A DNA stretch of 32,000 nt, taken from positions 450,001-482,000 of the forward strand of contig JAXLZO010000001.1 of NCBI GenBank assembly GCA_046350815.1. Reading direction: 5' to 3'. How positions within the stretch are numbered: position 1 is the stretch's first letter; each line of letters opens with the position of its first letter. Below the pieces are notes generated by a model. The model was not told the DNA's origin. It worked only from the letters and a program-made list of their open reading frames with translations, and did no database searches. Of this stretch, positions 13,988 through 22,037 are shown piece by piece. This DNA is from Candidatus Saccharimonadota bacterium (GTDB lineage Bacteria > Patescibacteriota > Gracilibacteria > BD1-5 > UBA2023). The translations under genes and the position numbers were made by a program.

Positions 13988-14605
13988 ATGTACGCAAAAA
14001 TCAAAGGGATACTCTCGGATATCACCTCATCCAATGTAACGCTCATGGCAAGTGGTACGGGTATAGGATTTGATCTTCTCCTCTCTCCCCTCGCATATTC
14101 ACTTGCAAGTCAGGTGGGTGAGGGTGGTGAGTGTGAGATGAAAATTTATCATCATCGTACCGAGGTGAGTGAGCTCCTCTTTGCATTTGGATCTGCTGAA
14201 GAGAAGGCGTTATTCCTCACACTTCTCAAAGTCTCATGAATTGGTGCGAAGACGGCTCTCTCAATCCTCTCACTCTGAGTTGATACTATTATTCAGGCGA
14301 TTGAGTCTGGTGATGATAAGACTCTTGCATCGGTCTCATGACTTGGAAAAAAATGAGCTCTGAAGATTATTGTAGAGCTCAAAGGTGCGGTGAAGAACTA
14401 TGATAATCTGGACACTCAGAAGAAATCATCATCCCTCAAGAACTCATGAGTCATCCAAACACCACACCAAGAGGCGTTTGCAGCGCTCATTGGTCTTGGA
14501 TATGACCGATCTCGCGTAGAAATAGCATTATCAGAAATGGACGAATGATCATCTCTTGATGATATTATTAAGGGTGCGATTGCAAAATTATCTTATCGAG
14601 GGTAG
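13988..14605 (+). CDS. ruvA: Holliday junction DNA helicase subunit RuvA (205 aa, 6 UGA-Gly)
   Basis: N-terminus MYAKIKGILSDI...GIGFDLLLS. Helix-hairpin-helix motifs LLKVS-G-IGAKTALSILS and ASVS-G-LGKK-G-ALKIIVELKG. TAG 14603-14605. Confidence 0.85.
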
Positions 14606-14662
14606 TATTTTCACACTTTCTTGTAGTTGATTGAATAGATTAGTGTTACTCATCCAATGAGA

Positions 14663-14688
14663 AGATCCCCGCCTGCGCGAGGATGACA
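14663..14688. repeat. GC-rich palindromic (REP-like) element, copy 1
   Basis: AGATCCCCGCCTGCGCGAGGATGACA. Its reverse complement matches 16076-16100 apart from one mismatch and one 1-nt indel. The ATCC...GGAT arms can form a hairpin. Confidence 0.7.
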
Positions 14689-14711
14689 TAAACAAATGGG
14701 GAACAAATACG

Positions 14712-14744
14712 AAAAAATCCAGAGCTTTATGCTCTGGATTTTTT
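14712..14744. terminator. Bidirectional terminator between ruvA and the malic-enzyme gene
   Basis: A6, then ATCCAGAGC-TTTAT-GCTCTGGAT, then T5. It overlaps the malic-enzyme stop codon. Confidence 0.75.
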
Positions 14745-15891
14745 AGCTTTTCATAACAGCCTCCGCAACTGCATGAACTACCCTTGGATCGAATGCATCC
14801 GGGAGAATCATCTCTTCGGTAGGGGTTTCGATGAGGCCTGATAGCGCATGTGCAGCAGCAAGCTTCATCGTATCAGTTATTTTTGTCTTCTTTCCATCGA
14901 TTGCACCACGAAAAATTCCTGGAAAAGCAAGAACATTGTTGACTTGATTTGGGTAGTCACTCCTTCCTGTTGCCACAATGCGTGCCCCACCTGCTTTTGC
15001 TTCCTCGGGCATAATCTCAGGTACTGGGTTTGCAAGTGCAAACACAATTCCATCGTTTGCCATGAGCTGAATATCCTCCTTGGTTGCAATATTTGGACCA
15101 GATACTCCGATGAATACATCTGCATTCCTGAGGGCATCTCGGAGATTACCAGATATATTTTTTGGGTTTGATATTTCCAGAAGTTTTTGCTTGTGATCAT
15201 TGAGGTCGATCCGATCTCGAGAGAGAATCCCTTTTGAATCAAGAAGAATAATATTCTTCGCTCCCGCGAGAGAGAGAAGCTTGGCAACAGCAGTTCCTGC
15301 TGCTCATGGTCAAGAGATGACAATCTGAATATCTGCAAGATTTTTGTGGACTACTTTGAGGGCATTGAGAAGTCCAGCAAGCACTACGATAGCAGTACCA
15401 TGCTGGTCATCGTGCATGATGGGAATATCGAGCTCAGCTTTGAGTCGCTCTTCGATCTCAAAACATCGAGGAGCAGAGATATCTTCAAGATTGATCCCGC
15501 CAAATGTTGGTGCAATTGCTTTGATAGTTCTAATGATTTCTTCAGTATCTTGTGTGTCGAGAACGATAGGAAACGAATCAAGTCCAGCGAATTCCTTGAA
15601 GAGAAGGGATTTTCCCTCCATAACTGGAAGCCCAGCAAGTCCACCAATATTTCCAAGACCAAGCACGGCCGATCCATCAGAAATAACTGCAATTGTCCGA
15701 CCTTTGAGGGTGAGATTATTAGCCTCTTGGGGATTGTTTTTAATAAGAATACACGGCTCAGCGACGCCTGGGGAATAGGCGAGCGAGAGATCATGTTTCG
15801 ATTTGACCGATATACGAGAGGTTGTCTCAATCTTGCCTTGATGCTCACGATGAAGTGTGACACTGTCTTGTTTGAGCTGTTGGTAATCCAT
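14743..15891 (-). CDS. NAD(P)-dependent malic enzyme, short form (382 aa)
   Basis: Track ORFs 15310-15921 and 14743-15063 are in one frame. Motifs: DLSLAYSPGVAEPC, GSAVLGLGNIG, PVMEGKSLLFKEFAG, FGGINLEDI, IPIMHDDQHGTAIV, dinucleotide fold VIS-G-P-G-AAGTA, and FALANPVPEI. I prefer ATG 15889-15891 over the track's TTG at 15921. TAA 14743-14745. Confidence 0.88.
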
Positions 15892-15929
15892 ATTTGATTT
15901 TGTAAAGTATGCTTTGAGCAAAGCTTGTC

Positions 15930-15956
15930 ATTATACACGAAAGTTTGGAAATACAA
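15930..15956 (-). promoter_or_regulatory. Putative promoter of the malic-enzyme gene
   Basis: On the minus strand, TTGTAT, 15-nt spacer, TATAAT (complement of 15930-15935), about 38 nt upstream of the ATG. Confidence 0.35.
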
Positions 15957-16075
15957 GAAGATTTGTGATACTTCGGGCTTGTTCATTCCAAATAATATGA
16001 GAACTTCTTACACTTAAAATTTGGTGAGGATATTTTATATAAGGGATATCTCCTAACGTCGAGATGGCAAGTATC

Positions 16076-16100
16076 TGTCATCCTCGCGGAGGCGGGATCT
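16076..16100. repeat. GC-rich palindromic (REP-like) element, copy 2, inverted relative to copy 1
   Basis: TGTCATCCTCGCGGAGGCGGGATCT. Confidence 0.7.
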
Positions 16101-16111
16101 ACCTTTTCAAT

Positions 16112-16143
16112 AAAACTCCCACTCAAATTTGAGTGGGAGTTTT
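16112..16143. terminator. Bidirectional hairpin terminator 3' of the pilin-like gene
   Basis: 13-bp perfect stem AAAACTCCCACTC-AAATTT-GAGTGGGAGTTTT. Confidence 0.75.
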
Positions 16144-16148
16144 ATTGA

Positions 16149-16709
16149 TTATCGATGTTTTCCGTAATCTCCATGAATAAGTTCACTTGTTCCTGATGGA
16201 TTCTGGATAAGTCACTTTGCTGCATTTTCTCAACTATCTGGAACAAAATTTTCTTTTATATAGACTTGATCATTAATAGTTGTTGCAACCTGAAGTGCAG
16301 AATATTGGCTGGTTGCAGCATAACCAATAAGTGGCATATTTCCATATTGATCTTTCATGCGTGTTGAATCGACGCTCGGTAAACTTGTCCACTGAACATC
16401 TCAGGCTTTTGTGGTCAATTTTTCCGTATTTGTTTCTCAGAAGATAGTTTTTTGAGAGCTTATTTGTACTGTTTTATCGACTGACCCGGTGTTAATAAGA
16501 GCATTCATATCAATTGCTGATACTCATTTTTGGTTTATTTCATTTGTAAGAATTGATATATGCTCTCTGCTTGTAGCAGCTTTAGCATCTTTTGTATAAC
16601 CCTGAAGTGATACAAATCCCACGGTTGAGAGAGGAACGATCAATGTTGTAAAGAGGAGTGTGGAGAGAAGAAGTGATCCACGGCTTTGGAGAAATCAAGA
16701 AGTTTTCAT
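16149..16709 (-). CDS. Pilin-like protein with a divergent prepilin-type N-terminus (186 aa)
   Basis: MKTS-G(UGA)-FLQSRGSLLLSTLLFTTLIVPLSTVGFVSLQGYTKDAKAATSREHISILTNEIN. This is G-F followed by a hydrophobic helix and a KDAKAA-type segment, as in pilins, but without Glu at +5. ATG 16707-16709, 6 nt after the upstream TAA. TAA 16149-16151. Confidence 0.45.
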
Positions 16710-16715
16710 ACTTAC

Positions 16716-19157
16716 TTAGTCATTTGTGAGATAGTAATATCAGGACTGGTTTTCACTCGTTTTTGTTTGATGACTTACTACGAATGTACTCAAATCGGAA
16801 GCTGGTGTGGTGGAAAAACTTTGAAATTCTTCATTGCTAAGAAAAAGATTTGCCTGACTTTCTGACTCAAGTTTACTGAGGAGATAGAAGCTATCATCAT
16901 CGGTTTTTGTATATTTTATCGTACAGTTCTCAAGAAGACTTGTGATTTCTTGGCGTGATTTAGGAGACATTAAATCACTTATTACTGAGGTATTTGACAT
17001 ACATCCATTGCTGCTCTCTGGAAGCATGTTATTATCCATTCGATAAGCCTCAATGCTTATCTGTGTATTATGAATTTGTGCTATTCTTGCTGTACTGAGA
17101 GCTTTACTTTGAGCATCTCCGAGCGTTGAATCGAGATTTTTGATTTCTCCGAAGATACTCTTAAACATCTCAAGCACGTCAATACTTTCACTTACTGGAT
17201 CAATAGTTCTTTTTGCCACTTTTTCCGTTACTTGCGATCCATCAAGAGAGAATTTAACTTCTGTGTTTGCTTGCTCAAGATTAGCATCAGCATTGAAATT
17301 CATCTTTTGAGAGAATTTTGTTGTTGTGTTGTCTGCTGTAATAAGATGTAGGTCTATATTAATATGAGCAGCCTTTTCATTAAAATTCTTTTTCTCATAA
17401 TCATAAGGAAATACATCGATATTACCAGATAGTGAGAAATTCTGAGGTGCAAGAGTTGCATTTGCAGTGTAGGTGAAGTTTGCATTTGGCTTTGAATAAC
17501 CTTCTTTTTCACAAAGAGATTTTGTTGTACCACTTTGAGTTTCTGTAATTTCACAGAGGGAACCGCTTCGTACCACTTTTATAGTATTTTCATCTCGATC
17601 GACTTTCGTCTTCATGAAGTCATGAAGAGTGATGGTAGAATTATCTTCATCATTATGAAAAGTGAATTTCTTGAGCTCCATATCCCCATGCTTTTTCATG
17701 TCTCATGAGAGTGTGAATTCGAATGTAATGGCTTTGATAAATTTTTGGAATTTCTCTTTCTCTTCGCTACTGAGGTTTTCCATGTTATATGTCACCCCAA
17801 CCGTCTTTCACTCTCCAATAGGCGCATCTTTGAGCCATTCGTAGCTATCGAGGAGAAGTGCACTGAGTCCCTCTTGATCAAGTGATGCATCATAGGTGAT
17901 CGATCGCGGATTGATGTAGGATTTCCAACCAACATCACGAGCTGTTGCTTTGATGAGCGTATGTTTGTCAAAAATTGCTTTAAGTTTTCCAAGATGTTCT
18001 TTCATTTGTTTCCCAACTTCTTGTTGCTCCTTAATGAATTTCTCAGCATCAATCGATTCAGTGGGAAGCCCATATGGTACACCAGGGATTTCACTAGCAA
18101 GTTTTGGAAGCTCTTCTCCGGCTTGTTTGAGGTCGATTCTATACCATTTTCCAAGATAAGTTTTATTGAGCTCATCAATACTACTTTCTATTTGTGCAAC
18201 AGGAATTTCTTGTCCGAGTTGTTCAGAAATATCTGGAGCGATAAGCTTGATGTTGTTTGGCTTGATATAGAGAATGGTGCCACCCGTGCTTTTTGCGTCG
18301 ACACCGATAACAAGAGATCATTTGACTCATTTCTTGCCTGATCACTCGAGTGCGAGGGTCATTGTAAAACTTCCATCAAATACAGGTAAACTTCCAGATG
18401 CGACGAGTGGCTCCATATAGGCGCTTCCACTCATGTTGAGAGTCGCATTGGCATTCTTAAATCCTGTCATTTCAAGTCCCTTTCATTCTCCTGAAAGTGT
18501 GTAGTTGGTATTGATTGTTGTGAAAGTTGGCTCGCTGCCACTCAGAACCATAGCATGAGATGTGAGTGAGTCGATGACTCCATCGCGAATAAATACACCG
18601 ATTTCAGATGCGGTCCAATCTGGATGAGTGACACGTTCATAGTAGGTATATCCAGCAAAACTTACACCACCAAGGAGACTGATCCCAAGAACTCAAAGTA
18701 TTCAAAAGAGGAGTCCTTTTCATTTTTTTGGAGTATCTGGAATATTTTCAATTGGAGTGTTTAGCGAATCGGTGATGGACGGAGTTGATAGAGCTTCAGA
18801 TGAATTGAGTATCGTGCTCGGGTTTGCTTCCATTGGAGCTGTCTCAGAAGCCATTACTGGTTCTGTACTTGGATTATTCTCTGATACAATGCTATTTGCT
18901 ACAGATTCCGTAGAAAGTAGCGGATCTACCGTAGTCGTGGATTCCATTATAGAAGGAGATCCGATTGTGTCTGATAGGGTTGGAATATCTGTCTCAGAGG
19001 ATGAGACTGTTTGAGAATTTTCTCCTGTTGAGGATGGGGTTTCTTCAACAAGGTTTTCGTTTCAGATCGAAGCTACCTCTGGAATAGCAAGAGGAATAGT
19101 AGGTTCTGTTGATACTGGGGTGATATCAAGAGGAGTATCTGGAGTATTTGGATTCAT
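16716..19157 (-). CDS. Single-pass membrane protein with a Pro/Ser/Thr-rich N-terminal region and a large C-terminal ectodomain, function unknown (813 aa)
   Basis: Track ORFs 18720-18947, 17808-18005 and 16740-17699 are in one frame, bridged by TGA only. ATG 19155-19157. TM segment KK-G-KGLLF-G-IL-G-VLGISLLGGVSFAGY, with three of its Gly encoded by UGA. TAA 16716-16718. Confidence 0.75.
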
Positions 19158-19288
19158 AAAGAAAAAAGTAGAATACTGAGCGCAGTATAACATAATCCAT
19201 TCATTGCTTCAAAATATTGATATTGACGATTGAAAAAATAAGGAATGATTCGTTTTGTTTTTGTTTATTGTAAAATGAGCTGAGAATA

Positions 19289-19317
19289 TTCGACTCTTGT
19301 TTGAATTTTCTTATACT
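19289..19317 (+). promoter_or_regulatory. Putative tmk promoter
   Basis: TTCGAC, 17-nt spacer, TATACT (19312-19317), 21 nt upstream of the ATG. Confidence 0.3.
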
Positions 19318-19338
19318 GACTTCTCTTCATTTTCTACT

Positions 19339-19965
19339 ATGTATATTATCCTTGAATGAATGGTTGGTACAGGAAAAACAACACAAACAAAACTTCTTTT
19401 TGATGCGCTCAAAAAAGAATACCCCGATCGGGAGGTATTGATGGTACGTGAACCATGATCTACGGAAATTGCTCAAGCGATTCGTCAAGTGGTGCAGTGA
19501 ACCAAGTTTGATGAAATGATGCATCCATTGACGGAGGCATATCTCTATGCTGCAAGTCGGGCACAACTCTTGCATACGGTGGTACGTCCAGCACTTGATC
19601 GAGGGGCTATAGTTATTTCAGATCGATCAGTACTTTCATCACTTGCATATCAAGGTGGAGCGCAAGGTATATCTATTGAGGATATATTATCACTTAATGA
19701 ACTCGCACTTCGTGGTTCTGACGCTGATATTATATTTGGATTATCAGTTGATATTGATACGGCTCTGAGTCGTACATTTGATACAGTTGGAGATAAATTT
19801 GAATCATATGGAAGAGAATTCTTCGAGAGAGTGGTTTCAGCTTATGAGAAGGTCTCTCACATGCCTCATTTTCAATCTCAATGGCAATATATCGATGCAA
19901 GCGGAGACATAGAATCCATCCATAAAACGATGTTGGAAGCAGTAAAAGTAAAAATTGGATCGTAA
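19339..19965 (+). CDS. tmk: Thymidylate kinase (208 aa)
   Basis: MYIILE-G-MVGTGKTTQ (P-loop), VREP-G-STEIAQAIR, and a DR motif (IVISDRSVLSSLAYQG). TGA at 19357-19359 falls on the invariant P-loop Gly. TAA 19963-19965. Confidence 0.9.
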
Positions 19966-19980
19966 TTACGATCCAATTTT
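19951..19980. terminator. Bidirectional terminator between tmk and the LPXTG protein gene
   Basis: Perfect palindrome AAAATTGGATCGTAATTACGATCCAATTTT, flanked by T and A runs. Confidence 0.75.
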
Positions 19981-20015
19981 TACAAAAAAATACACTCCTA
20001 AGGAGCGTATTTTGG

Positions 20016-20940
20016 TTATGCTTTCTTTCGGAAATGCATACCTGAGGCAATTGCAAGACCAACAATGAGTGCTACAATGAGCAGAAGTGTTTCTTTTGCA
20101 CCCGTTTGAGGAAGTACTGGAGCACTATTGAGCACGCCGCTCATACTTCCTGTTGCTGTGATAGATCCTGTCTTGATAGTCATAACACCTGAGCTTGTTG
20201 GTGCCTTTGGTGTGCTGACGAGAGCAAGTGTCTCGATAGAATCAGGAATAGAAGGTGGTGTTGTGAAATCACGGAAACTACTATTTCCTTGTGTAATCGT
20301 TTCACCTTGTGCTCATTTGATGGATTTTACGAGAGCTTGGTAGCTGGTTGCATCACTGAGAGGAGTATCAAGCTTTACCTCGAGTTTTGTCGGGTCAATC
20401 TTTGATACGTTTGCGCTCAGAACCGTGAGAGATGAATTGTCTGTTGTTTTTTTCACGCTAATACTTGCAGACCCAATAGCAAGAGGTCGTGTAAAAGAGA
20501 GAACGATATTGCGATCATCTTGAACTTTTACGTCAGAGAGTGCGAAATTCATTGCAGGGGCATTTATTGTCATCCCAGATCCTACAACCACCTGAAGTTC
20601 TTTTGAGAGTGTATCACCTTCTTCACCGTTTGCAGCAACGGGAGTAACAGCAAAATAGTATGTTCCACCAGTGAGTGACTTGATAGTAGTTCCAGTAGAT
20701 GATACAGGATCACTCTCCATATCATATGTTTTTACGGTTGATCCACTTGATTGAACCGATTGCGTGCCATAGTGGACAATATATTTTGTTGCACCTGATA
20801 CAGATCACCAGTTGAGTGTTACACTCGTCGCATCTTTATTCATCAGAGATATATTATTTACAGCAGAAAGTGCTGCAAACGTCATTCCAGTAACCGTCAC
20901 ACCAATGAGTCATACGAGACTCATAGCAACTTTTTTCATA
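20016..20940 (-). CDS. LPXTG-anchored surface protein with FN3-like and Ig-like domains; apparent 1-nt frameshift after the signal peptide
   Basis: The C-terminus LPQTGAKETLLLIVALIVGLAIASGMHFRKKA* is a sortase signal (LPXTG, hydrophobic stretch, basic tail). FN3-like segment: TSVTLNW-G-SVSGATKYIVHYGT...GGTYYFAVTPVAANGEEG. The signal peptide MKKVAMSLV-G-LIGVTVTGMT starts at ATG 20938-20940 but sits in a different frame; the frames meet at 20880-20881. Confidence 0.65.
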
Positions 20941-21096
20941 GAGGCAAGAAATACGAAATCAAACGGACTCTCATGAAGAATCTGGGTGATTGTATAGAGA
21001 GATGGGATTCTTTCAAGTTATTTTAACATCTTTTTAACATATTTTTCACGAGAATTAGAAATATCTCAAAAACTTCATATTATAGAGAAAAAATAT

Positions 21097-21603
21097 ATGG
21101 CATTATTCAACTGACCAAATCAACAGTGATATACACTCATTGAGCTCATGGTGACTATAGCAATCATTGGTCTCGTCATTACGCTTTTTAGCTATGATGG
21201 AGTCAGTAGTCAGCGAGCAGCACAGAGCAGTCAACGCATAGCTCATGCCCTTGAGTGAATTCTTCAGAGTGAACGACTCACGACAACGCTTGGAAAAACA
21301 CAAGGGAATGTTACTATCTCTATCTCCACTGGAGTTGTAAGTCGGACGGAATGAAGTGCGACAACAGATCTTCTGAAGAGTCCATTTTTTGACAATGACC
21401 CTCACTATCAGATTACGGATATAACTGTTGGAAGCTCATCGTATAGTGGTTGATCTGTTGATGTCATTTATGGTCAATGAGGTGCTATTTCTTTTTCCTG
21501 AGCTACAGGAACAGGTATGACTATCATGGCATGATATCAGTGAGCTAAGTCTTATAAAATTAATCTTGATCGACGAAGTGGGGTAGTGACTATTGAAAAA
21601 TAG
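21097..21603 (+). CDS. Type IV pilin / pseudopilin with a canonical prepilin N-terminus (168 aa)
   Basis: MALFN-G-PNQQ-G|YTLIELMVTIAIIGLVITLF. The cleavage-site Gly is TGA 21127-21129 and Glu is present at +5. TAG 21601-21603. Confidence 0.85.
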
Positions 21604-21662
21604 TTGTTTTTTGAGAGTAGATTATATAATCTACTCAACCTTTCAGGTGAAATAAGAAGGAT

Positions 21663-22037
21663 ATGATTATGACCTATGTTCTTGCTTCAGTATTCGTGAT
21701 CTGATTGATCTATGAACTGATTGATATATGGCAAGCATCCAAGAAGACACTTCATTATCAGTGTTACCAAAAGTTGTATCCAAACGGATATCTGGACGCT
21801 GCGGTCGGTAATGCACGAGTGGATCGTGCACAGCCGATTCAAGTGGATGGTCTAGAAAATCCATCTGACGCTCGCAATCATCTCCCAGTTGGAACCTACC
21901 GAGTAGGTCTTCGCTGGGATAACAAAGCACAAGATTATCAAGCTACGGCTCAAATCACAACATGGGTACTCGGTCGGTGATATAAGGAAGAATCACTGAT
22001 AAAAAAACTCTGCATCATGTGCAGGGTTTTTGTTTAG
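21663..22037 (+). CDS. Small N-terminally anchored protein downstream of the pilin gene (124 aa if UGA 21978 is read through)
   Basis: ATG 21663. TM segment MIMTYVLASVFVI-G-LIYELI. The frame continues through TGA 21978-21980 to TAG 22035-22037, inside the terminator hairpin. Confidence 0.5.
22001..22033. terminator. Bidirectional terminator shared by convergent genes
   Basis: A7, then ACTCTGCA-TCATG-TGCAGGGT, then TTTTTG. The reverse complement is likewise followed by T7. Confidence 0.7.

Noticed and set aside
15344-15986. Three long alternative-frame ORFs (15344-15778 +, 15346-15897 +, 15384-15986 -) overlapping the malic-enzyme gene.
   Set aside because: The frame containing the malic-enzyme motifs (GLGNIG, HDDQHGTA, G-P-G-AAG) is clearly the coding one. 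The others are shadows caused by the locally higher GC and have no recognisable motifs.
14650-16115. Target-site duplication flanking the inverted GC-rich elements around the malic-enzyme unit.
   Set aside because: The outer flanks (…AATGAGA | … | ACCTTTT…) show no direct repeat, so a classic transposon insertion is not demonstrated.
21103-21930. Minus-strand track ORFs 21103-21405 and 21667-21930.
   Set aside because: These are antisense to the canonical prepilin gene (G|YTLIEL) and to the TM-anchored ORF that follows it. The plus-strand readings have clear protein features, start codons and a terminator.
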